Shown piece after piece: positions 44,964 through 55,137 of a stretch of DNA of 64,000 nucleotides. Below the pieces are notes generated by a model. That model searched no databases and had not been told where the DNA came from. It worked only from the letters and a program-made list of their open reading frames with translations. A program made the position numbers and the translations under genes. The DNA is from a virus, in the UHGV virus genome UHGV-0170778; one strand, 5' to 3'. Positions within the stretch are counted from its first letter, which is position 1; every line of letters begins with the position of its first letter.

Positions 44964-47603
44964 ATGAACTTCAAAACATTTAGTGTAAATACTACTAATA
45001 TATTCCCTATTGCTAACACCACAAAAGGTGGGCAGCTTGTAACAGAATTCAATCTAAAATCAAGAGAAAGTGTTGCAACAGACCCTAATGTGAAATATAC
45101 ATACGGTCCGTCATATACACATGGACAAGATGATTTTGCAATAGGGACAGCAACAGACTCTGAAACAGGAGCAAGCATATCTACAACAGTATTACAGATA
45201 AGTCCAGGAAGATGTGTTCTAAATGGACATTTTGTAGAAAACTTAGTCGATATGCAAATTGATATTGTTCAAGCAAACGCGCAAGCAAAGAAATTAGGGC
45301 AGTCACTTATTCAAGGAGTATGCTGCGTAGGGCTTAAAGCAATGTATAGCACAGAAGTAAACATTGCAGGCAGCTTGCAAGCAGAGAACAATGATACAGA
45401 TTTATATGAAGGCGTTCAGGTAGTTATTCTTCCTGTTGCAGAATTCAAACTTCCATCAGATGTACCTGATAACCAAAATGAAGTAACAGCTCATCTTAAA
45501 CTAGGTACATTCACATACAACAATGGAATCATAAAATCATCTATATCACAGAACACAGATAAGATAAAAAATATTGACGGTTCTCGCATATACAATATTG
45601 ATTCATTGTTATCAAAACAATATATTTCTAAAGCAAACTTAGATCCGCATAAGCTGTATACATTCGCAACAAAGAATGTGGATGATTCAAGTGACTTACA
45701 AGACACTTGGTGCGATTCTACAGATTCATTGATGGTTTGGGACTCTTCTCCGCAAGAAGAAAAACTAACCAAAACATCTGATAATCCGAAAGAAGCGTCA
45801 TTTAAGATTGATAGCTCAACAGAACAGATAAAACTTGTTGTTCCTCATAAACAAATAGACGGTATGAGAAATACACATGGAGAAGCAACATATTATGTTC
45901 CCAAAACATTGAACATACCTGTTGCAGATTATGACAATTCTACTCCGGGTACAGTTAGTTCTTCGTTTATAAAAACAATAAAGAAAATAGAAGATAAAGT
46001 TAAAAATCTATACAGCAATAACAAGGAAAAAGTAACCCAAGGAAATCTAATTGGTGTTATAAATGTATTAGATGCAGATAACTCATTGCCTACAATCAAT
46101 AAATCATGGGCAATTGGTGATTATATCTTAGTAGTACAAGACACATTAGTTGGATCTTCTGCAGATTCAGAAAGAGATCCTTCTACAATGTATATAGTTA
46201 CACCTGGATATGTTAAAACAGTTAAATATATTGCAGATCCTTCTTCATTGTCAGGTATGTGTGTTGGAACAGTTTCAGGTACAGATCCTGGAGAGACAAC
46301 AAACACACCTAGTTACTTCGATTTCAGCATAGAAGAGTACAGAGGTATTCCAAATAAAGATTACTTAGTTTATGTATATGTTAATCCAGAAACCAATGCA
46401 AGCACTAAGTTTTATTATCAAATTGCAACCTCTTCTGGAAATGATTGGAGCGAGCCTATTATGCTTACTGCTTCAATTCCTTATGCAACAGAAGATCTAG
46501 TTGGTGGATTCAAAAATGTACCGGATGATGCAATAGACGAAGGATATATCAAGATTGACGAAAACGGACATCTAGTTCTAATTGACTACAGTCTACTTCG
46601 TTCTGGTACACTTGCATATCAGCTTGGAGAAGATTACACATCTCCTTCAGGAATTACAAATGAAGCAATACAAGATGAACTAAACGATTATGTAAACGAT
46701 AGAGTTGCATTTGCTAACTTAGAACAACGAGCGAAAAAAGGTTCTTCTGCAAATGTAATTGATATTACTTTGAACTTAAGCAAAGAAGAGGAAGAATCAA
46801 CAATAACAATACAGAATATTGATTCTAGATTCAATACTTGTGTTTACCTCCATATAGCAGGAACAGAAGTTGACAGTAATACTATTATAAACATAGTAAA
46901 TTGTGAGAAGATAAGAATAGATAGTAACATTGGTGGAGTTAACGGAAACAAGCCTAGAATAAATCTTTATAATTCTTGTTTATACTATGATTCAGGTGTA
47001 CTTAGTACATTGAATAGCATTTCAGGATTGAGCTTGTGGTATGAAAAGTATGAAAACACAGATCCTGATATTCTAGTAAACAACATGACTGTACAAGCTG
47101 TAAATAGTCCTATCATTGCTGAATCAACAGATTTCTGGGCAACAGACACTCCAAATGATAACCATTTTAGATATGCTTTACAAAGTGTAACATATGGAAA
47201 AGATGGCAACATAATTGGATTTGGTATATACATAAATAACTCAACTACATCGAACATTATGGACGGTAGGTCTATATATGTATCTGATTTTACTATTCCT
47301 CAAGGGTCTGCTCTAACATATCCAGAAAACAGAGTAACTAACAAATTGAAGATATCTGGAGCATTTGTAACATCTTATGCAACAACACTTGAAGACGGAA
47401 CAACAGGATATCAAGTAATTGAAACAATGTTCTCTGCAGTAACTGGTACATATGACGGAGAGTCTATTGAGAAGGGAGTTATTTCGTTCAGCGTAAATGC
47501 AAATAAAGTGTATGGTACAGTTTATGGTATAACTCCAGGAGATCCAATAGATGCTTGGGACTCTGGTGCATATCATGTATTTACAGGAGGAGCATTGAAC
47601 TAA
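44964..47603 (+). CDS. large tail/baseplate structural protein (hypothetical)
   Basis: 879 aa immediately after the tape measure. Confidence 0.35.
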   Translation: MNFKTFSVNTTNIFPIANTTKGGQLVTEFNLKSRESVATDPNVKYTYGPSYTHGQDDFAIGTATDSETGASISTTVLQISPGRCVLNGHFVENLVDMQIDIVQANAQAKKLGQSLIQGVCCVGLKAMYSTEVNIAGSLQAENNDTDLYEGVQVVILPVAEFKLPSDVPDNQNEVTAHLKLGTFTYNNGIIKSSISQNTDKIKNIDGSRIYNIDSLLSKQYISKANLDPHKLYTFATKNVDDSSDLQDTWCDSTDSLMVWDSSPQEEKLTKTSDNPKEASFKIDSSTEQIKLVVPHKQIDGMRNTHGEATYYVPKTLNIPVADYDNSTPGTVSSSFIKTIKKIEDKVKNLYSNNKEKVTQGNLIGVINVLDADNSLPTINKSWAIGDYILVVQDTLVGSSADSERDPSTMYIVTPGYVKTVKYIADPSSLSGMCVGTVSGTDPGETTNTPSYFDFSIEEYRGIPNKDYLVYVYVNPETNASTKFYYQIATSSGNDWSEPIMLTASIPYATEDLVGGFKNVPDDAIDEGYIKIDENGHLVLIDYSLLRSGTLAYQLGEDYTSPSGITNEAIQDELNDYVNDRVAFANLEQRAKKGSSANVIDITLNLSKEEEESTITIQNIDSRFNTCVYLHIAGTEVDSNTIINIVNCEKIRIDSNIGGVNGNKPRINLYNSCLYYDSGVLSTLNSISGLSLWYEKYENTDPDILVNNMTVQAVNSPIIAESTDFWATDTPNDNHFRYALQSVTYGKDGNIIGFGIYINNSTTSNIMDGRSIYVSDFTIPQGSALTYPENRVTNKLKISGAFVTSYATTLEDGTTGYQVIETMFSAVTGTYDGESIEKGVISFSVNANKVYGTVYGITPGDPIDAWDSGAYHVFTGGALN

Positions 47604-47604
47604 G

Positions 47605-48159
47605 ATGTCATTTACAAAAGATTTAGTTAAGATACATCTGATAAATGAAGGTTACTTACCTAACTATCCATACCATCTAATATCAGATGAGGAAATGTGT
47701 GATGCATTTATACATGAAGATGAAGGGTACTTTTTTGATGAGTACCCTCTTCTCTCTGATAAAGAAGAAACATCTAACGCATATAAAGATTTAGTAAATG
47801 TAATCAAATATTTCATAGCCGAATTGAAGTTATCAAAACAGGACAGTTATGAACTTCCAGATTGGATATACTCTTATATGTTAGGAAAAGTAATAAGTGT
47901 AAATTCGGACATACTTGATATACACGATTTGATCTATCCATTAGGTGTAGATAATATAGAGGATATATTTGATGCAAAATGTGAAGATAGATGTTTAGAA
48001 ATAAGTAAACTTCAAGTATCTGTTATGGAAACATATAAATTGAAAGACTCTTCTGGAAACTATATCATAGGAGCCAATGGTAATCCATTAACAAATAGAC
48101 CTCCTACGATATTTGGAGAACCTCATATAATAAAGTATATAAGAGTAAATATCCTTTAA
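47605..48159 (+). CDS. hypothetical tail protein
   Basis: 184 aa. Confidence 0.3.
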   Translation: MSFTKDLVKIHLINEGYLPNYPYHLISDEEMCDAFIHEDEGYFFDEYPLLSDKEETSNAYKDLVNVIKYFIAELKLSKQDSYELPDWIYSYMLGKVISVNSDILDIHDLIYPLGVDNIEDIFDAKCEDRCLEISKLQVSVMETYKLKDSSGNYIIGANGNPLTNRPPTIFGEPHIIKYIRVNIL

Positions 48160-48177
48160 GAAAGGCAGAGATAATGT

Positions 48178-49191
48178 ATGCAATTTTTATCTATATCTGA
48201 TAACACTACATTATCACAATTAAATAGTTTAGTAGGGCATGAAAATACAGATGCTATATTGAATGTTAATGGGTTGAAACGAGCTCCAAAAGTAGGAAAA
48301 CAACTTGTTGATAAAGCTAATAGTATAATAAATTCAGAAGATGTTAAACCTGTAAATTGGCAGAAAAAATTATCTGTCCTTAATACATTTACAGGTGATT
48401 CTGATATATATGAATATGCATCATTGTTAGGTTCCGATGGTTGGAAAGTATTATCTACTATAAACACATTTCCAAGTATGTTAAGGATACCGGAGTCTAT
48501 AACACTTCCAGATAACTTCCAGATACTAGGAAATAATCAGCCTGTGTCTAGAGATGTATATGAAAAAGTAAGAAGTTATTTGATAGAAGAGCCTCATGAA
48601 ATAGATCCAAAAGTATTCAACACATTTCAAAATGTTTCTAATTCTAGTATACTCGGATATGATGTAGGTAAAAATCCAATTGACTGGTTCAACCTACCTT
48701 GGGGTAAAATATCATTATATTCCTCCATAAATAATGAATATGTAGATTTCCCAGTATATCCAGAAACTATTAGTGATGGTGTAAGCGCTACATATGATAC
48801 AATGCCTGATATGATTTATCAATATGAACCATGGCAAACATATCAAAGTTCAGGCCCTCGCACAATAACATATGAATTTCATATGCATAGAGATATGTGG
48901 TCAGGTAATCATAATGATGGTAGATGTTATGATTTAGTTAATTTCTGTAAAGCTCAGTGTTATGCAGAATACAGTGGTGCTGCAGTGAATACATCTACAT
49001 GTACAATGTATATATCTGGTAAATCTCATCTTTCTGGTATTGTTACACAAGTAGAAGAAGATTGGGGAGGCCCATTGGGGCATGATGGATGGTACTTAGA
49101 ACTAACACTTAGAATAACAATGACAGAAGTATCTCAGAAAGCATTGAATTATCAAAGTGTAAGAAATGAAAGGACAACATATTCAATATGA
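48178..49191 (+). CDS. tail protein with N-terminal LysM-like motif
   Basis: DNTTLSQLNSLVGHENTDAILNVNGLKRAPKVGKQLV resembles the LysM pattern. Confidence 0.35.
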   Translation: MQFLSISDNTTLSQLNSLVGHENTDAILNVNGLKRAPKVGKQLVDKANSIINSEDVKPVNWQKKLSVLNTFTGDSDIYEYASLLGSDGWKVLSTINTFPSMLRIPESITLPDNFQILGNNQPVSRDVYEKVRSYLIEEPHEIDPKVFNTFQNVSNSSILGYDVGKNPIDWFNLPWGKISLYSSINNEYVDFPVYPETISDGVSATYDTMPDMIYQYEPWQTYQSSGPRTITYEFHMHRDMWSGNHNDGRCYDLVNFCKAQCYAEYSGAAVNTSTCTMYISGKSHLSGIVTQVEEDWGGPLGHDGWYLELTLRITMTEVSQKALNYQSVRNERTTYSI

Positions 49192-49625
49192 GTTATGTAA
49201 AGCCTATATACTATAACACATTAGATCCTTACATTCAAATTGAACATGAAGGTATTCAATATACAACATGCAGGGATTTTAATCATATAAGCAGATACAA
49301 AGGGCTTCGTCAAATAATACACTGTCCAGATACATCAAGATACATATCGCTAGAAACACCTAATTCCATTTCTATAAATGATCTTGATTTCGATTACTAT
49401 GAGGTTCCAAAATCAGAAGAAAACAGATTAGATATAATTGCAAATAAATTCTTAGGATCTCCACAATATAGTTGGGTCATAAGTTACATAAACGGTATAG
49501 AAGACGGTTTTACAGTAAGAGAAGGACAGAAGATAAAGATAATCAGAAGTTTTACAGATCTATTCAATAAAGGTGAGATACTCGCAACAATATCTGCACT
49601 TACATTGAATTTAGGGTCTGAGTAA
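49188..49625 (+). CDS. tail protein with LysM-like domain
   Basis: YEVPKSEENRLDIIANKFLGSPQYSWVISYINGIEDGFTVREGQKIKI matches the LysM consensus Y.V..GD.L..IA..Y.....L...N........GQ.L.IP. Confidence 0.4.
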   Translation: MSYVKPIYYNTLDPYIQIEHEGIQYTTCRDFNHISRYKGLRQIIHCPDTSRYISLETPNSISINDLDFDYYEVPKSEENRLDIIANKFLGSPQYSWVISYINGIEDGFTVREGQKIKIIRSFTDLFNKGEILATISALTLNLGSE

Positions 49626-49648
49626 ATATAGATGAAAGGAGATTAGGT

Positions 49649-51103
49649 ATGAAGAAACAACCATTTGTTACATTTGTTTTAGCTGGTGTGTCTCTCACAG
49701 ACTTCGGCTGGAAAATACCTTCTCCGTTTTCTTCTCTAGAATTAACAAACAGTGAAATATCTTCAATGACAAGCTGGACATTAAATTGTATGGTATCAGG
49801 AGATTCAGATAAACAAGTAAATGTAGCTTCATTTGAAGCATTGCTTTATAGCGCAGCACAAGCAGCATCTTCTAATCCAAATACAGCTGGTATTCCTGTT
49901 TCTTTCAATTTTGGATGGTTAGATGATGACGGAAATGTAGTCGAGTATCTATCATACCAAGGATTTTCAATAAACTTTGATGTAAGTGTGTCTGGTAGAT
50001 ATATGAACTACACCATGAAAGGATACGCTTCTACTGTTGTTCAAAGTAGTATGCCTGTACTTAGAATACCTGCAATAACAGGAATAGTCCAACCGTCTGC
50101 TATAGTAGAATCTCTTGCAAAGTCAATAAAAGCAACTTCATATTATCAATTAGACATTGATCACAATGACGCTCCAACACTTGTTAATCACAATGCACTT
50201 ACAACATCATTTAACAGATATGTTAGAGGTACATTCGCACCTACAGATGATTATGATAACTTCCCTGGACTTTTACCATTAAGTAAATCATACAGTGGGT
50301 CAAGAGATGCAGCTGGGTTGAAATATCCTTTCAAGAAATTAAGTCAAGTGATGAATAATTTGAAATCAAGTCCTCTTTCTAATTTCTTGAAACAAAGCAA
50401 TACAGATACTACACCACAATGTTCATCATTTTCTTATTGGGTAGATGAACCGACAATGAATAAGCCAGGTGTAATACATTACAAAAGTAATGCTAATCTG
50501 TTAACAAAACAGAGCGGTCAAGTATTACAATATGGTACAGCAGATACAAATGTATTATCAATTTCAGGTTCATATAATGGTGTAGCATATAATATGACTG
50601 ATATGAATTTCACTCAACTTGGTTTTGCTGTAGATGGTAGCGGTAATACAATTATGAAAGGCGCCGAAGTTGTTAATAGCTGGAGTTCATCTCTTGCAGA
50701 TACATTCCAGACATCTAACATAATCAATGATGTAAATGCACTTGCATCTCAGTTCAGCGGAGATTTCTCTGTTGAAATTCCAGGTTCACTTAAAGTATAT
50801 GAAGTAGCTCAACCTATATCTTTAATCGTACTTTCAGGAAATACATTATCTCCTATATCAGGGATATACAATATTGTATCTGTAACACATAGGCTGTCAA
50901 ATACATTTATCACAACATTAAAGATACAAAGACTTGTAATGAGTTCTGCAAATACAACAGCAAGCTATCAAGGAATATATGTATCTGGTTCAAGCAAATA
51001 TCCTAGAAGCTCGTTTACTCCTACATCTAATATAAAATCACCTTATTCTGTAGATCTAGGCATAATGTATCCAACATTCGAGCACATGCAAATTTCGTTA
51101 TAA
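49649..51103 (+). CDS. hypothetical tail/baseplate protein
   Basis: 484 aa. Confidence 0.3.
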   Translation: MKKQPFVTFVLAGVSLTDFGWKIPSPFSSLELTNSEISSMTSWTLNCMVSGDSDKQVNVASFEALLYSAAQAASSNPNTAGIPVSFNFGWLDDDGNVVEYLSYQGFSINFDVSVSGRYMNYTMKGYASTVVQSSMPVLRIPAITGIVQPSAIVESLAKSIKATSYYQLDIDHNDAPTLVNHNALTTSFNRYVRGTFAPTDDYDNFPGLLPLSKSYSGSRDAAGLKYPFKKLSQVMNNLKSSPLSNFLKQSNTDTTPQCSSFSYWVDEPTMNKPGVIHYKSNANLLTKQSGQVLQYGTADTNVLSISGSYNGVAYNMTDMNFTQLGFAVDGSGNTIMKGAEVVNSWSSSLADTFQTSNIINDVNALASQFSGDFSVEIPGSLKVYEVAQPISLIVLSGNTLSPISGIYNIVSVTHRLSNTFITTLKIQRLVMSSANTTASYQGIYVSGSSKYPRSSFTPTSNIKSPYSVDLGIMYPTFEHMQISL

Positions 51104-51108
51104 ATAAT

Positions 51109-51651
51109 ATGGAACAAAATATATTTAAGACCATTAAATATTCACCACTAACAAAATCAAAATTAAATATATTGATACCATATATAGACGACAATATATC
51201 TGATCTATATAAAAAGTATAAAATATACAACACTGGTGTTTATGCTAATTCAGATTCGACAAAGAATGTTTACAGCGTAGCTTCCGGTGTTGTTCTATTT
51301 ATAGTTAAGTCATATGATAATAAATTAGCAATCACAATACAATTTGACGCAGATGTTTGTTTTATATACTCAGGGATAACAAAAACAAACCTTTCAGAGA
51401 ATGATGTAGTAAACCAAGGTCAGTTAATAGGTCAATATTCTGATAAATTTCATTTTCAGTATTTGAAAAGAAACTATATTTCTACTAACAACCAAAATAT
51501 AAATGTTGGGACATCATATATCTATAACATGAGTTATTTTCAACTTGATCCTATTGATTTTGTAGAAGGTAAAAAAGATCTAGATAAAGAAAGCATAATA
51601 AGTGAATCAGAAATAAACCCTCTTTTAGAAACAGATTTCGGTGAAGGATAA
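51109..51651 (+). CDS. hypothetical protein
   Basis: 180 aa. Confidence 0.3.
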   Translation: MEQNIFKTIKYSPLTKSKLNILIPYIDDNISDLYKKYKIYNTGVYANSDSTKNVYSVASGVVLFIVKSYDNKLAITIQFDADVCFIYSGITKTNLSENDVVNQGQLIGQYSDKFHFQYLKRNYISTNNQNINVGTSYIYNMSYFQLDPIDFVEGKKDLDKESIISESEINPLLETDFGEG

Positions 51652-52787
51652 TGGCAGCATACAAAGTAGTTATAGGTCCAAAAACATTTACACTTAGAAT
51701 AGATACAGATGGTGCAAGCAAGAATTATGGATCTACAAGTCATCAAAGTCAAACATCATTTACATTCAATGGTAAATCAATAGCAGCAGATAAAGTTCCT
51801 TTCATAGTTAAACCTATATCTGATAAAAGTACGAAAATGGGGCAATGCGCTGTTTTAATTGATAACAATAAACATACTAACACTTATTGTATAATAGGCG
51901 ACGCTGGTCCATCTGCTAATGGATGGGGCGAGGTTTCACTTAAAACTGCGTGGAACTTAGGTTACTCTGAAAAACAAGCAAATGGATCAAGAGGACCTCA
52001 TTCTAATTTTACAATTATTGTATTTACAGATAGTGTACCTAAATGGGACAGTAAAAAAGATCTTAATTCTCAAATAGAGGAAGAATGCAAGAAACGATGT
52101 GAAACATATAAACAAGTAGTACAGACTTACACAGCTAAATCTGCACATAATGCTTCATCAGGAGAATCGTATGATCCTTCTATAGTTGTTACTACAGGCA
52201 CATATAAAGAATCACAACAACTTGTTAATCTAGATGTGATCAAACAGTATCTGATAACAATAAATAGAAATACAGATGTTAGTAAGTTGAATTTCAGTAA
52301 GCTCAAAAAAGAAGATGTTGTTGGTGCAATGGTAGAAGCTGGATACTATATGAATTCAAAACGACATATAGCTTCTAGGTTTAGAAATCCAAGTATTGAC
52401 CTACAAGTAAAAACATTAAATAGAAACAATATTCTTTACGGACTGTATACATACTCAAGAGCTAATTCAGTTGTAGAAGCTAAGAAAGAGCTAGAACAGT
52501 TAGAATATGTATTAGACCAATATCCACCAATCCTTGGAATCTGGGTCAGAATTCAGCTTCACGGAAAAACAAAAGCAATAAATGATAAAATATTAGATGA
52601 ATACAGATCTAAACTAGTTGAATACGGATTGAAATCCAAGATCGGTATAATAGCAACTAAATCTGAATTAAATAATATACACTGGAAAAATCACAAGAAC
52701 AATTGGTTCCTTTGGTATATAGATAAAGTAAAAAACATAGACACAGTAGATGATCAACTATTGACACCTACATTTTTTGATATTTAA
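51651..52787 (+). CDS. hypothetical tail-associated protein
   Basis: 378 aa, upstream of the tail lysin. Confidence 0.3.
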   Translation: MAAYKVVIGPKTFTLRIDTDGASKNYGSTSHQSQTSFTFNGKSIAADKVPFIVKPISDKSTKMGQCAVLIDNNKHTNTYCIIGDAGPSANGWGEVSLKTAWNLGYSEKQANGSRGPHSNFTIIVFTDSVPKWDSKKDLNSQIEEECKKRCETYKQVVQTYTAKSAHNASSGESYDPSIVVTTGTYKESQQLVNLDVIKQYLITINRNTDVSKLNFSKLKKEDVVGAMVEAGYYMNSKRHIASRFRNPSIDLQVKTLNRNNILYGLYTYSRANSVVEAKKELEQLEYVLDQYPPILGIWVRIQLHGKTKAINDKILDEYRSKLVEYGLKSKIGIIATKSELNNIHWKNHKNNWFLWYIDKVKNIDTVDDQLLTPTFFDI

Positions 52788-52789
52788 TT

Positions 52790-54394
52790 ATGGGAAAGTA
52801 TAGATCACCATTTGGAAGAAAAGTTAGAGTATCAACACCATTTCATAAACCTGGTAGCTGGGCTGCTGGGTTTCATACTGGTGTGGATCTTGTGCCGATA
52901 GATGGATCCAAACATCCTCCGTTGTACGCGATAGCTAATTGTACTATACTCAATTCGTCTGGTGGAAGTTCTTATGGAAATCATATCATAGCAAGAACAA
53001 CAGACAATCGTGTTTTCTTAATGGCACATATGCGAGACAAACCGCTTGTTAAACCTGGACAAAAAGTGTATGCAGGACAACAAGTAGGGTACATGGGCAA
53101 TACTGGTAACTCTTTTGGTGAGCATTTACATATTGAAGTAGAAACATCAACTAAATGGGCATACAACTCTCATTTAGTTAATCCATTAGATTACATAGAT
53201 ATAAATAAATTTTCTAATTCAGGTTGCTCTTCAACTTCTATAATCGATACTTTCATAAAAGAAGCTGAATCGCACAAAGGACAACAAGGCGATTGGGTTT
53301 GGAAACGAATGGGTCGTCCTGTAGGAGAAGCATGGTGTGCTTCTTTTATATGTGCGTGTGCGGATAAAGTAGGAAAACTATTAAACTATGTAATATACAA
53401 CAGTCCCTCTGTTCGTAGAATGGTAACAGAAGGGCAGAAGAAGAAATATGGGAAGTACTTAAAAGGACCTATGTATGGAAATTCTCCTACACCTCAAAAA
53501 GGAGACTTGATTACATTTGATGAAGGGTTCAATACTTCTGGATATGATCACATAGGGATAGTAATCAAAGTATCTAAATCTAGAGTATTCACAATTGAAG
53601 GTAATGTAGGTGGAAGAGGTAGTAGATACAATCATGTTGACTATAGAGATTATTCAAGAACAAACAAGATGATATCTGGGTACTATCGTCCGGATTGGTC
53701 TAAGGTAGACGAATCATATACAACAGAGGAAGATGAATCTGTTGTAGAGCTCGCTCCTTTGTATGATCATCTAAATGATAGAAATGATATGACACTTAGA
53801 GAGGTAGGGTACATATATAACAACCAACCTTCTATAAAACAAAGTAATGTAGGGCTTGTTGTTATAAATTATACAGATATGCTTTACAACATTTTTGAAG
53901 TTGTAGCAAGACAAGGTACACAGAATAACAATAATCCACAGTACAGCACAGCAAGTTTATCTGCAGGTCCAAAAAATACAATAAATTTCTTAGTTGACAA
54001 AGGATTGAATACAGCAGCAGCTGTTGGAATAGCAGCAAATATAAAACACGAAAGTAGTTTCAATACAGCGTCAATAGGTGATAATGGAACATCTTTTGGA
54101 ATATGTCAGTGGCATCTAGATCGTGGGGATAACATGAAAAAGATGGCTGGCAAGAATTGGAAAACAAATTTAACAGGTCAATTAAATTATTTATGGTATG
54201 AATTAACAAATAGCTACAAATATTCTGTACTTAGTCCTTTGCGTTCTGTTTCTAATACATTATCAGGAGCTAAAAAAGCAGCAGATATATTTGTACGACA
54301 TTTTGAAGTTCCTGCAAACATAGACTATCAGTCAGAGCAAAGACAGAAGACTGCAACAAAATATTGGGGCAAATTGAAACAATATCTACAGTAA
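52790..54394 (+). CDS. tail-associated multidomain peptidoglycan hydrolase (M23 peptidase + CHAP-like + lytic-transglycosylase-like)
   Basis: M23: GFHTGVDL (HxGxD) and GEHLHIEV (HxH). CHAP-like Cys/His: GEAWCASFICAC...DHIGIVIKV. Transglycosylase-like: HESSFNTASIGDNGTSFGICQWH (ES..N...G.SFG..Q). Confidence 0.7.
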   Translation: MGKYRSPFGRKVRVSTPFHKPGSWAAGFHTGVDLVPIDGSKHPPLYAIANCTILNSSGGSSYGNHIIARTTDNRVFLMAHMRDKPLVKPGQKVYAGQQVGYMGNTGNSFGEHLHIEVETSTKWAYNSHLVNPLDYIDINKFSNSGCSSTSIIDTFIKEAESHKGQQGDWVWKRMGRPVGEAWCASFICACADKVGKLLNYVIYNSPSVRRMVTEGQKKKYGKYLKGPMYGNSPTPQKGDLITFDEGFNTSGYDHIGIVIKVSKSRVFTIEGNVGGRGSRYNHVDYRDYSRTNKMISGYYRPDWSKVDESYTTEEDESVVELAPLYDHLNDRNDMTLREVGYIYNNQPSIKQSNVGLVVINYTDMLYNIFEVVARQGTQNNNNPQYSTASLSAGPKNTINFLVDKGLNTAAAVGIAANIKHESSFNTASIGDNGTSFGICQWHLDRGDNMKKMAGKNWKTNLTGQLNYLWYELTNSYKYSVLSPLRSVSNTLSGAKKAADIFVRHFEVPANIDYQSEQRQKTATKYWGKLKQYLQ

Positions 54395-54403
54395 GGTGAT
54401 AAT

Positions 54404-54703
54404 ATGATAACATATGGATATGCAAAAGATTATTACTACACAGACGCAGGAACGCTCATGGTCAAAGTTAGAATTCCATCTATTCATGGTGCTTACAGTC
54501 AAGCTGATTACAAAGGTAAAACAATTCGTAATTATGTGGTAGATAGTGATCTTCCTTATTATCCTTCACTTTTGTTACAGCATTTGCCTACTGACGGAGA
54601 TGTTGTAGCATTGATGTCATCTAATAATAGTAAAAATAATCTGCTTGTTATTGGATTAACAGGCGGGTCATATAATTCAGGTAATACAAATCTAGAGGAT
54701 TAA
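54404..54703 (+). CDS. hypothetical protein
   Basis: 99 aa. Confidence 0.3.
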   Translation: MITYGYAKDYYYTDAGTLMVKVRIPSIHGAYSQADYKGKTIRNYVVDSDLPYYPSLLLQHLPTDGDVVALMSSNNSKNNLLVIGLTGGSYNSGNTNLED

Positions 54704-54705
54704 AT

Positions 54706-55137
54706 ATGTCAACTTCTTCACTTGCTTTTCCAAATTTAATAGATGTTGCTAGAAACAAAGTATCTGTTTTAGAAAATGACGCATCTGTAGTAAACAGAAC
54801 CCGTCTACTTATACTTACAGAGCCGAATGAATTATACAATTCATTAGATTTCGGTGTAGGTCTAAAACAGTATTTGTGGCAATACAATACAAAGAATGTC
54901 AAAGCAATAATTCAAGATAGAATCATTGCACAGCTTAGGAAATATGAACCTTGTTGTGTTCCAGACCAAACAGTATTTTCTGACGGCCTTATTTCTGACA
55001 GCGAATATGACTCAATGTATGTAAAAGAACAAGATAAATTGAAGATGACAGTAGGATTGAAAACATCATATAGCGACAATGTTTCTATTGATCTATCCGA
55101 TGTTTATACTTTGATCAACGGAGGTAAATCTAATTGA
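54706..55137 (+). CDS. putative baseplate wedge protein (gp25/W-like, by size and order)
   Basis: 143 aa directly upstream of a ~640-aa ORF, matching the conserved W-J order of myovirus baseplates. Confidence 0.3.
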   Translation: MSTSSLAFPNLIDVARNKVSVLENDASVVNRTRLLILTEPNELYNSLDFGVGLKQYLWQYNTKNVKAIIQDRIIAQLRKYEPCCVPDQTVFSDGLISDSEYDSMYVKEQDKLKMTVGLKTSYSDNVSIDLSDVYTLINGGKSN

